A DNA stretch of 32,000 nt from Acaryochloris marina S15 (GTDB lineage: Bacteria; Cyanobacteriota; Cyanobacteriia; Thermosynechococcales; Thermosynechococcaceae). This document shows, one piece after another, positions 16,640 to 25,014 of the stretch; the first letter of the stretch is position 1; the number at the start of each line of letters is the position of its first letter. Under the pieces are notes generated by a model that was given only the letters and a program-made list of their open reading frames with translations, was not told the DNA's origin and did no database searches. The DNA lies in NCBI RefSeq assembly GCF_018336915.1, contig NZ_CP064923.1:900001-932000 (forward strand). Direction: 5' to 3'. Both the position numbers and the translations under genes were made by a program.

Positions 16640-18172
16640 ATGATGAAAATATTCGTCGGTTCCTCAAGCGAGGCGGGTCTTGTCGATACTGAAGTCCGGA
16701 AGATTCTTGAAGACCAAGACACTCTCCCCATTGACTGGCGAACTCAATTTAGAGCAGGTGAATTTGGTCTTGAGTCACTCATTCGCATCAAGGGTGAATG
16801 TGATGCCGCGATTTTGATAACCACTCCAGATGACAAGATTTGGTATCGCGGGGCTGAAGGTTTCAGTCCCCGAGACAACCTCTTATTCGAACTAGGACTT
16901 TTTATAAGTGCATTGGGTCGCGAGCGTGTTGGGCTAGTTGTCGCAACCAACCAAAATGGGGACGTTCCTAAGATACCAACCGACTTAGCAGGACTAAATT
17001 ACGTATACTACAAGGCGGGAAAAAATGCTGGTAACACTGAGGCAATAACTAAATGGGTCTTGCATCTTCGAAAGCTTGTTGGCTCGGGCGTTAAGAGCTT
17101 TGAGAACCCTTTCGATGTTCTTGAAAGTCAGTTTTCAAGACTCCCGCAGGATTGGAAGGATGACGTGGAGAACTATATCATTGAGCCGTTCCGAGACCAA
17201 AGTTATTCAGCGCTACGAGGCGAGTTTACTCTCGATATTTCCCAGTACTACAACTCCCTTTTCACTGCATTATCGTCTATCGCAGGGACTGATATTCGGA
17301 TCAAAGCGGTTAGCCTCCTCTCACACGAAATTTGGGACTCGGACCCGTTTCAGCTTCAGTATCAAGACTACAACCTGCAAGCTGGCAAAGAGGGCGTTCC
17401 AATTCAACGAATCTTCGTGATCAATGACGGAGTTGAACCAAGTTTGTGGGCAACTATTCAAAAGCAACTTGAAAACAACATTCAGGTTAAGGTTGTAGAT
17501 GCTCGTCTGTTTTCTAAGTTCGCAAACCTTGACGACATCGTGCTCTTGCAAGGTACTGCTTATTCACGGTGTTATAAGTCACAGCAGTTTTTCAATGCTA
17601 CAAATCGACTCAAATCAGCAAACCTCAATCTAAACACCAACTATTGCAACGATCTTTCGCTATCGTTTGATGCTCTTTGGAAATTGGCAAAGCAGCCCAC
17701 GCCAAATATTGTACGAATGCAGCAAAAGTCAATCGCCCCTCCCGGCGATACATTTGAAATATACGATCTTGATCATGATGTGATTACATGCGAACAGGCT
17801 GCAGAAGCTAAAGCAATTCCACTACAGAATGAATTGAAAACTATAGTTACAAAAACATCAAACGGGATAATTGCACTGCATCTACGTGGAGATAGACAGA
17901 TATACTGGCGGGCGGTCAAGAACATTCTTGATGTTAAAGAGGCCGAAATGCTTTCAAAGGAAGACTTAGCAAAGCTCCACTTGTCTGACGGAACAGTTTC
18001 TGCGATTTTGGACCCCGTCTGGAGCATGGCGCATCTAATCTCACGCGAGGTGATACAACTCGATTTTGTCTCCACTAACAATTCAACCCGAAGGCAGTAC
18101 TTTAGGTTTGACCCTTTGGTACTCTTGAGTACAGCAAAGCACATGATTGGCTCGTTTGAAAAACAGGTATAA
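16640..18172 (+). CDS. Three-domain protein: Cap12/PycTIR-type TIR-like domain (PF10137/COG4271-like) + unassigned ~200-aa middle domain + YbaK/ProX-like (aminoacyl-tRNA trans-editing fold) C-terminal domain
   Basis: The ORF track starts at TTG 16604. ATG-ATG at 16640/16643 directly precedes KIFVGSSSE, which is where this TIR-like family normally begins. The TIR-like block is KIFVGSSSE..DAAILITTPDD..SPRDNLLFELGLFISALGRERVGLV..PTDLAGLNYVYY. The YbaK-like block is ITCEQAAEAKAIPLQNELKTIVTKTSNGIIALHLRGDRQIYWRAVKNILDVKEAEMLSKEDLAKLHLSDGTVSAIL..HLISREV..YFRFDPLVLL. Confidence 0.7.
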   Translation: MMKIFVGSSSEAGLVDTEVRKILEDQDTLPIDWRTQFRAGEFGLESLIRIKGECDAAILITTPDDKIWYRGAEGFSPRDNLLFELGLFISALGRERVGLVVATNQNGDVPKIPTDLAGLNYVYYKAGKNAGNTEAITKWVLHLRKLVGSGVKSFENPFDVLESQFSRLPQDWKDDVENYIIEPFRDQSYSALRGEFTLDISQYYNSLFTALSSIAGTDIRIKAVSLLSHEIWDSDPFQLQYQDYNLQAGKEGVPIQRIFVINDGVEPSLWATIQKQLENNIQVKVVDARLFSKFANLDDIVLLQGTAYSRCYKSQQFFNATNRLKSANLNLNTNYCNDLSLSFDALWKLAKQPTPNIVRMQQKSIAPPGDTFEIYDLDHDVITCEQAAEAKAIPLQNELKTIVTKTSNGIIALHLRGDRQIYWRAVKNILDVKEAEMLSKEDLAKLHLSDGTVSAILDPVWSMAHLISREVIQLDFVSTNNSTRRQYFRFDPLVLLSTAKHMIGSFEKQV

Positions 18173-18435
18173 CGCCGAATGAACTTGGATAATAAAAAAA
18201 TGGGTAGTCATAGTCCTGTAAGGATGCATTGTAGTAGTGGATAAACATTCTTGAGAATTACTTATAAAGTGAAATTAAAGACGCCTTGCAATCGATACTG
18301 GGCAATAAAAATAGCGTTTATAGCCTAGGGCAAGCTCAGAGTTGCCTTTCATAAGCACCGATGCAGAGTTAATTGCAATCCATCTTTTTGCGAAATCAAA
18401 AAGTGGAGCCGAAAGGCTATGAAATTAATTTTATT

Positions 18436-20200
18436 CCTACATTCAGCAGGCTAGCTAGCAGAGCAGATAATATTTTTTACAGCCCTTCCCAAGGAACGGC
18501 AAGATAAGTTGCTGCCTGCTGTTGAGCTTGATGAGATGCTTGGCACCATCAAGCCAAACTAAATGGACGGCCTGAAAGCATTGGAGAATCCAACGTAACG
18601 TAGGTTTCATAGTTTGTTTCCCCTTCTGATTAGGGAGAGTTGTTTGTACTTGTTCTAGTGCATTTCTTAACTGTCGTTGTCCTAAGCTGTAGACCATCAA
18701 ACACAAGGCCATGATCATGGCTAAGGCAGCGATACGCCGAGGTGTCTTCAGGAAAACACTAGAGGCAAAGAAGAGTGGATCTTTGATAAAGCGAAAGCCT
18801 CCTTCACACGCCTGCTGGTTCTTATACTCGCGCAGAATATCATCATTGCTCCATTGCTCTTGTTCCAAGAGATTGGTGGCTAAGATGAAACGACCTGCTT
18901 GCCGCCGATAGCGTTCGATGACTGGCTCATTGAGGGTTAAGGTAGCCTCAATAGAATAGGTGTAGTGAGTCACAACCGTTGCTTTTGTCGGTCGTCCAGC
19001 CTTTGAATAATGAGGTTTTTTGTGGATTTTGAGATCGTCAAGGGTGTGATACCTGAGGATTTTGCCAAAATCTTGGGCTGCAGCTAAAGCATCTGCAGGG
19101 CACAAGAAGGTCTGTTTGCAGAGGGTTTTAAGTGCAGTAGTTTTTTGGCTAAACGCCTGATCAATCCGCTTTTGCACTTGTTTGAGTCCAGAGTCTCTGC
19201 GAGCTTTACTTTCAACCACCAGCCACCGTTGTTGAATCTCTCCATAGGTACTACATACTTCGACAAAGCTATAGCCGTTGAGAGCACTGGGGTGAAACTG
19301 TGAACCCGGCAGCCCTTGTAATAAGTCTTGGGCTGCCGTTGAACTTGCTGGAACTCGGCTAATCCAAGATGTACTTCCTAATGCTTGCAGATTGTCGGCA
19401 CTGTAGAGGGCACTATCAGCAACAATCACCTCTGGCTGTTGCTGACTCCACTGTTGCTTAAATTCATGGATGATAGGCACAAACGTACTTTTGTCCGCAT
19501 CATTACCGTTGCCCACTTGTAAAAATAAAGGAATACCCCCGTCCCCACTCACCAGTAGGTTCAATACAAACTGCTTGAGATCACGACGATTGTCCCGTGA
19601 GTAGCCGTAGGTGATTTTCACGGGTATCGGCTCCTCTGATTCAGCCAGTGCAGGGGAGGGGGACTCAGGTGCAGAGGGGGATTCGTCTGACGCCTCAACC
19701 TGTGGTTTATCTAAGTATTGCCCCTCAACACTAAGGCTTGTCGCATCTAGATGCGCACACCTTAGAGCTACATCGAATTTCTGAACGACTGCCATTGCCA
19801 CATGGATAAATATCTGGGTCACACCATAGGCATAGAGCTTGTCGAGGACTCGACCGATACGGGTATCGTTGAGGTGCTCTGGCAGTACACCTTGACCGAG
19901 TAAGTGCTCGGTTGCTTTGCTTTCGAAAAACTCACTAAATAAGTACAATGGAGCACTCAAAAAGCCCATACCATTTAGAATCAGGGCTTTGACAACTTGA
20001 CCACAACTAACATTCTCTTGCTCGTGAGTACCTAATAATCGATCCACTATTTCGACAATGCCGATCTCATCGACGATACCGGCAATAATACCGAGATGGT
20101 CAATATCCTGAACGTCTATCTCTTGAGGTGAATACATGGACTTGCGTTGAGAGACAACCTCAAAATTATCCCTTGATGGTTAGTACCTGCTGAATGTCGG
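18436..20200 (-). mobile_element. Complete IS4-superfamily (IS1634-like) insertion sequence, 1765 bp
   Basis: The terminal inverted repeats are CCTACATTCAGCAGG (18436-18450) and CCTGCTGAATGTCGG (20186-20200), matching 14/15. A perfect 6-bp direct repeat TTTATT flanks the element (18430-18435 and 20201-20206). It contains a single transposase ORF. Confidence 0.85.
18455..20137 (-). CDS. DDE transposase, IS4 superfamily / IS1634-like
   Basis: 560 aa. The N-terminal block DIDHLGIIAGIVDEIGIVEIVDRLLG..VSCGQVVKALILNGMGFLSAPLYLFSEFF is characteristic of this transposase group. DDE-type motifs include VIVADSALYS. Confidence 0.8.
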   Translation of the reverse strand: MYSPQEIDVQDIDHLGIIAGIVDEIGIVEIVDRLLGTHEQENVSCGQVVKALILNGMGFLSAPLYLFSEFFESKATEHLLGQGVLPEHLNDTRIGRVLDKLYAYGVTQIFIHVAMAVVQKFDVALRCAHLDATSLSVEGQYLDKPQVEASDESPSAPESPSPALAESEEPIPVKITYGYSRDNRRDLKQFVLNLLVSGDGGIPLFLQVGNGNDADKSTFVPIIHEFKQQWSQQQPEVIVADSALYSADNLQALGSTSWISRVPASSTAAQDLLQGLPGSQFHPSALNGYSFVEVCSTYGEIQQRWLVVESKARRDSGLKQVQKRIDQAFSQKTTALKTLCKQTFLCPADALAAAQDFGKILRYHTLDDLKIHKKPHYSKAGRPTKATVVTHYTYSIEATLTLNEPVIERYRRQAGRFILATNLLEQEQWSNDDILREYKNQQACEGGFRFIKDPLFFASSVFLKTPRRIAALAMIMALCLMVYSLGQRQLRNALEQVQTTLPNQKGKQTMKPTLRWILQCFQAVHLVWLDGAKHLIKLNSRQQLILPFLGKGCKKYYLLC

Positions 20201-20472
20201 TTTATTCATCTGCTTATCTTAGTTAGACCTGGTTTAAGATTCACTTTCTAAATAGCCTCTTATAGAACTAAAACTATCCGAAAAGGAATAAGAGTTTGCT
20301 TAAGCAGATACTCAAATCACTGTTCTCCCATAAACTCTCGATTCGCCATCAAATACTAGAACTATCGATAAAAAAATAACTATTAGCATTCATCCAGGAA
20401 GTCGATGTCCTCTGTTGGAGTTACCCTTTCTATTACAGAAAATCAGCCCCACATAATACCTTAGAAGGAAAA

Positions 20473-21579
20473 ATGGATCATAGAATTTTACTAATCACAA
20501 CTGGAGGAACAATCGGAGGTAAGTTGGCTGCTGATCAGCAAGATGAACAGATGATAAGAAGCGCTGACCAGTTTGCAATGCTCCTTGGAGACACAATTGC
20601 ATATCTCAGTAAAAAGTATGGTCTTAAAATTGAAATTGATACCATTGAGTTATGTGATATTGATAGTTCGGATATTAATCACGAACATTGGATTCAGTTA
20701 GCCGAAACAATACGAGATAAATATGATGAATATGAGTCCTTCATTATTACTCATGGAACAAATACTCTAGGATATACAGCTGCTGCTCTCTCCTTTGCCA
20801 TAGCGAACTCTAGCAAGCCAATCATTCTTACCGGTTCCCAAGTGCCAGCAGGATTACCTGGTACAGATGGTTTAGCCAATCTGCAGAATGCTTTGCGAGT
20901 AGCTATTTGGAGGCAAGATGGACAACCCATTAAAGGCGTGGTAGCAGTCTTTGGTAGTCATATTATTGCTGGTACAAGACTTAAAAAAGACACAGAATTT
21001 GGTTATGATGCTTTCAAGTCATTTAAAATCGGAAATATAGGTCAAATTGGCAGAATTATTGACATCAACGAGAACAATCTCAAGAAACATGTAAGCTATC
21101 TACGTTCTGGTCTTTATCCTGAAGCAAAAAAAGCTAAAGATTTACACTGTGAGATTGATTTTGATATGCGTATTGCATCATTAACAGAGTTTCCTGGAAT
21201 GCGCTCCGAAATATTTTCAATTCTTGTTGAAAAGCACAATATTAGAGGAATCATTCTAAGAGCATTCGGTGCTGGAGATCCATGTACTAAACACCTTGAA
21301 GCATTTAAGTATTTAAAGAGAGAGAAAATTCCAATCGTGATTACTACTCAAGCTCCAAATGGAAACAGTAATTTCCAAGTGAATGAGCCAGGAAAGTTAT
21401 TGCTTGAAAATAATTTAGCAATCCCCGCATATGATATGAGTATCGAGTCTCAGACTACCAAGTTAGCCTGGCTTTTAGCAAAAGTAAAGAAAGCTGATTT
21501 AGGTTACTCGGAACTTTGTAGAGAGATGGTGAATGACATTAGGGGTGAGGTAAAAGTTCTCTGGGAAATAGGTATATAA
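20473..21579 (+). CDS. Type I (cytoplasmic, AnsA/GatD-like) L-asparaginase-family protein
   Basis: ILLITTGGTIGG (nucleophile Thr loop), FIITHGTNTLGYTAAALSF (HGTDT motif with D replaced by N), PIILTGSQVP, and a C-terminal domain GIILRAFGAGD. The gene is strongly AT-rich relative to its neighbours. A good SD (GAAGGA) precedes the ATG. Confidence 0.85.
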   Translation: MDHRILLITTGGTIGGKLAADQQDEQMIRSADQFAMLLGDTIAYLSKKYGLKIEIDTIELCDIDSSDINHEHWIQLAETIRDKYDEYESFIITHGTNTLGYTAAALSFAIANSSKPIILTGSQVPAGLPGTDGLANLQNALRVAIWRQDGQPIKGVVAVFGSHIIAGTRLKKDTEFGYDAFKSFKIGNIGQIGRIIDINENNLKKHVSYLRSGLYPEAKKAKDLHCEIDFDMRIASLTEFPGMRSEIFSILVEKHNIRGIILRAFGAGDPCTKHLEAFKYLKREKIPIVITTQAPNGNSNFQVNEPGKLLLENNLAIPAYDMSIESQTTKLAWLLAKVKKADLGYSELCREMVNDIRGEVKVLWEIGI

Positions 21580-21608
21580 ACTTCGTCTAGTTTGAGACCC
21601 GTATTTTT

Positions 21609-22983
21609 GTTAGTGTCCCTATTTATTCGCCACGGTTTTTGAGGCGATCATGCTTGGCATGATCCCTACGAGAGACGAGAAAGAAAATCGCTAAACAGCT
21701 CTCCTCATTTGGGAAAGCACCAATTTCGTCAGCCTTGGTTCGGAATTTCCGGAACAGCCTTTCTAGCGCATTGGAAGTACGAATCAGCGAATGAAGGGAT
21801 TCATCAAAATCATAGAAACTCAAGGTCAGGGCAAAATCTTTGATGAAGGTTCTAACAGCATCGGGTTCAAGGTCTGTCCATTTCTGTGCAAACACGAGCA
21901 ACGTCACAATCGCTTCTTCCCAGTCTGGCGCTTTATAGATAGCATAGGCATCGTGTTTAATTTGTGAATATCGCAGCTTCTTTGCTTCAGAGTGGGAGAG
22001 TTCTTGTCCTTGAGCATCCAGGTGTGGCAATTGCTCATAGCCCAAATGCCGGAGCATCGCTCGAACCTTGTGGGTAATGCATCGTTGATGTTGTGCGAGG
22101 GGAAACAGAGCGCGAATTACCTTAGGTAGTCCAGTGGTGCCATCACTGACAATCAGCTTCACCAAATGGGTTTGCAATCCTCGGTGCCGCAGGTGCTCAA
22201 AGAACAGTAGCCAGGCTGCCTCAGATTCTTGGACAGCCATTTCGTAATGAAGAACGGTTTGTGTCCCATCTGGCCATATCGCCATGGCCACTAAGATGAC
22301 TCGGTCTTCCGCACGACGTAGCTTCCGGATATGTCCAGCTTGGTCTTCCCAAAAGTCTTCGGAGGCGCATTGAACACTCGCCCACACTCCATCAACAATC
22401 AGAATAAAAGGGGTTTTCTCAAGACGAGTTTGACGACTTTGGAGCATTTGCTTCTGAGCTTTGAGAGTAATCCGGTTAATGGCATTCACGGATAAAACTG
22501 CTCCCAGGATCTCATAGAGAGCTTCTTGCAAGTCTCGAAGCGATAAACCCATGACATACAAGCCCAGGCAAAACTCTAGAAGGCTACCGAGGGCTCGTTG
22601 GTAACGCTCTAGAATCTTCCACTCTCGGTCTGCATTCCCTTTCCGTAGTTTCGGGACAGATAGTTGAGCAATCCTGCCGTACTGGGTATCAAGAACCCGC
22701 TGATAATAGCCTGAACGTCGAGGGCGAGTCCCTTGAAGCTCTGATAGATAAGCTTGGACTTCTTCGTCTAGTGCTGACTCTACTGCTATCTGGGTAACTC
22801 GGTTAGCCTCAAGGCGCAGGGTTGCTTCTAAAGCTTTGTTAATAGAGGCATATGAACTTTGAGACTGGATACGGATAATCTGCTGCTCACGTTGGGAAAT
22901 GTTCATCAAGGAGTGCTCCGAATTCTCTATTATCAGAGCATTTCAGCTATTCCAGCTCATGGCGAATAAATCAAGACACTAAC
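21609..22983 (-). mobile_element. Complete IS256-family insertion sequence, 1375 bp
   Basis: The inverted repeats GTTAGTGTCCCTATTTATTCGCCACG (left) and its partner (reverse complement GTTAGTGTCTTGATTTATTCGCCATG) match 22/26. A perfect 8-bp target duplication GTATTTTT lies at 21601-21608 and 22984-22991. Confidence 0.9.
21623..22909 (-). CDS. IS256-family (mutator-type) transposase
   Basis: 428 aa. Typical blocks are PFILIVDGVWASV, VILVAMAIWPDGTQTVLHYEM, LIVSDGTTGLPKVIRALFPLAQHQRCITHKVRAML and SNALERLFRKFRTKADEIGAFPNEESC. Confidence 0.9.
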   Translation of the reverse strand: MMNISQREQQIIRIQSQSSYASINKALEATLRLEANRVTQIAVESALDEEVQAYLSELQGTRPRRSGYYQRVLDTQYGRIAQLSVPKLRKGNADREWKILERYQRALGSLLEFCLGLYVMGLSLRDLQEALYEILGAVLSVNAINRITLKAQKQMLQSRQTRLEKTPFILIVDGVWASVQCASEDFWEDQAGHIRKLRRAEDRVILVAMAIWPDGTQTVLHYEMAVQESEAAWLLFFEHLRHRGLQTHLVKLIVSDGTTGLPKVIRALFPLAQHQRCITHKVRAMLRHLGYEQLPHLDAQGQELSHSEAKKLRYSQIKHDAYAIYKAPDWEEAIVTLLVFAQKWTDLEPDAVRTFIKDFALTLSFYDFDESLHSLIRTSNALERLFRKFRTKADEIGAFPNEESCLAIFFLVSRRDHAKHDRLKNRGE

Positions 22984-23046
22984 GTATTTTTCCTTCTCTA
23001 ATTGAAGCTGAGTTGTGACCCATAAATGGTCCGATACTGCAATGGG

Positions 23047-23079
23047 TTAATGATGGAGTTGCGTCACAAACAGTTCAAC
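23047..23079 (-). pseudogene. IS630-like relic, downstream half (last 7 codons + stop, plus one copy of the 9-bp TSD)
   Basis: Deleting 23080-24565 and one CAGTTCAAC copy joins ..ITQVEL to FVTQLHH* in the same frame. Confidence 0.4.
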
Positions 23080-24565
23080 GGGCGTATTTAGCGGATCGGG
23101 GATGCCTTAGTTTTCGGAATGGTCACCTCTGGGAATAAGGAGTCAAACCGTTCATTGACCCAGGCAATTCTCAAGATCAGTAAATGGTTGAAACCATCCT
23201 CACTCCAGCGCATGCCAACTCCCTTAAAGCGCTGCTGAATCAACCACTTGCATGCACTTTCAACCATTCCTGACCCGAGAGGAATCTGTTGCTGTTCAAA
23301 GTGCCGATAACGGATGTGGTTATGATGGCGTTGGAAATAAGCCTGCACCTGGAGCAACGTTGAAAAAGACTTTCCCGTTAACAGTTGTGAGTGAATCAAT
23401 ATCGTCAAGGACCGTAATACAAGTAGGTGTTGCCCGTGTCGCAATTGGTGTCGCCAGTGCCGGAACCAGGCTTGGGCTTGAGCAGAGCGGGCATCTCCAA
23501 ACATCGCTTTAGTTGCTCGTGCCAGATGGCCTGCTGAATGAAAAAAGTCGAGGACTGCCACAGCACAATGAGAGAACAAGGTGCGATAGACTCGCCAGAA
23601 GCCTCGTCCCCCATCACTGAGCCAGATGACTTTTGGAGCAGATTCAAAGTCTTGTTTGTGAGCTTCGAGTTGAAGTAAAGGGATGAACTGGTCGATATCG
23701 CCCAATACTGCCACCAGTCTTCGACGCAGTAATTGGGGGACCTCCTTTTTAGCTCGGGTAACCCGTGTTCCCAGGCGAGCTAAGATGGCGACTTTGACTT
23801 CTCGCCACTGGATTTTTCCCTTGGGTGAGTTCGGGGTGGGGCGAAAGGGGACCATCACACCATCGGCGGCAATGGCCAAAGGTAGAGCAGATAACATCTC
23901 TGAAATCGCTTCACAAGGGGCCTGAGTCCCTGATGATTGAGCGTTGAGTTGAGCTTCTAATTCCTGCTGAGCTTTGTTACCCACGGATTGCACCCAGTTC
24001 CACAAACTGGATGGACTCACGGATAGACCACTCCACTGACCCAGCATCCAACTGGCCAGTTCATAGGGCATGAACAGACTCAACAAGCAGCCCAGACGCA
24101 CCAGTTCTTCGCTGCTGTGCTGATAGGGGGCAATCCCAATGGCTTGATCCAGGGGAGTCAACAGACTGCCTGGACATCCTTTGGGACAACGGCCCACCCG
24201 TCGCTTTCAAGAGATAGTGCCTACCAGTGTCTGCATCTGACGAGATTCCCATCCCTTCGAATGTAAGCGGGTTCCGCAGGTAGTACATACAGGCCATACA
24301 AATACTGCTTTCGCGCGCCTTGAGAGTTCATCCTCCAGAAGACAGCGAGCTAGAAACAAGCCCATTTGCAGAACGATATAAACCATCTGACTCAGGCTGG
24401 TTGATACTTTGAGTGCTTCAGTTTGTTCTAGAAATTCGTCATGGGCTAGCACGGTTAGCAATTGCGATGGTAGGGTCATGATAGTTTTTTGGTTCGGGTA
24501 CAGGATCTATTGTCCTTGACCCGTTTTTCTTTGAGCCATGCATCCCCGATCCTTTGCTTACGCCC
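23080..24565 (-). mobile_element. ISKra4-like insertion sequence, 1486 bp, inserted into an older IS630-like relic
   Basis: The terminal repeats are GGGCGTATTTAGCGGATCGGGGATGC (23080-23105) and the reverse complement of 24540-24565, GGGCGTAAGCAAAGGATCGGGGATGC. They match at 7+13 outer/inner positions. A perfect 9-bp direct repeat CAGTTCAAC flanks the element (23071-23079 and 24566-24574). Confidence 0.7.
23088..24479 (-). pseudogene. ISKra4-like DDE transposase interrupted by one in-frame TGA (codon at 24209-24207)
   Basis: The two track ORFs (24207..24479 and 23088..24197) are in the same frame. Read-through gives ..CTTCGTRLHSKGWESRQMQTLVGTIS*KRRVGRCPKGCPGS.. as one 463-codon frame. DDE-like blocks are IAADGVMVP, WLSDGGRGFW and GSGMVESACKWLIQQRFKGVGMRWS. 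Confidence 0.7.
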
Positions 24566-24661
24566 CAGTTCAACTTGAGTGATCAAGTGTTTCTTTTTTT
24601 TATCACAAGCATGATAAGCTACATCCTCTCGTAGCCATTGCCACAGATGTTCAACAGGCAT
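24566..24661 (-). pseudogene. IS630/Tc1-mariner-like transposase C-terminal relic, upstream half (split by the ISKra4-like insertion)
   Basis: It reads ..PVEHLWQWLREDVAYHACDKKKKHLITQVEL. The NP(V/I)EhLW..LK motif carries the catalytic E of IS630-type transposases. The frame is closed 9 nt upstream by a stop, and further upstream sequence is decayed. The 61-aa track ORF 24476..24661 is a chimera that runs into the ISKra4-like terminal repeat. Confidence 0.45.
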
Positions 24662-25014
24662 GCAGTGAAATTACCTTCGGCTCTTAACTACATCCTCAAA
24701 GGGGAACTTCTTCACCATCTACCTAACGGCTCCTAGGGAGCATAGACCTCTTGTAAGATTCAGTTCACGATATGCTAGAGACTCAATTCATGAGCCAATG
24801 CTTCCTGTATATTTCGGTCCCTATCTATGTCACGGAACCAATGATGCAAGAGGTCTACTATTTGTCAACGGTCTGGATCGTTGTGCATATGTCTTCGGTA
24901 AGTAAGGTAAACGGGTCTGAATAACAGTCGTATACCACCTGAAATTTTTTCCTCCTCATGGTTTCAGACCACAGCCTTGGTTGCCATAGGCCATTGAGAT
25001 TCACAATATTGAGT

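Noticed and set aside
17076-17420. 114-aa plus-strand alternative-frame ORF inside the TIR-like gene, and the antisense ORFs at 17321..17551 and 17773..18144
   Set aside because: They overlap the long ORF that carries recognisable domain signatures. The products are low-complexity or Arg/Ser-rich.
24662-25014. Possible further upstream part of the IS630-like transposase
   Set aside because: My three-frame reading of the minus strand gave only short stop-ridden segments with no DDE-type blocks. The region is too decayed to annotate, and no matching second terminal repeat was found.
16434-25014. Search for a signal-generating partner (CD-NTase, pyrimidine cyclase, SIR2, ThsB-like TIR) for the TIR-like gene
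   Set aside because: None of the ORFs in or next to the patch shows such motifs. The gene is therefore reported as an orphan rather than as part of CBASS, Pycsar or Thoeris.
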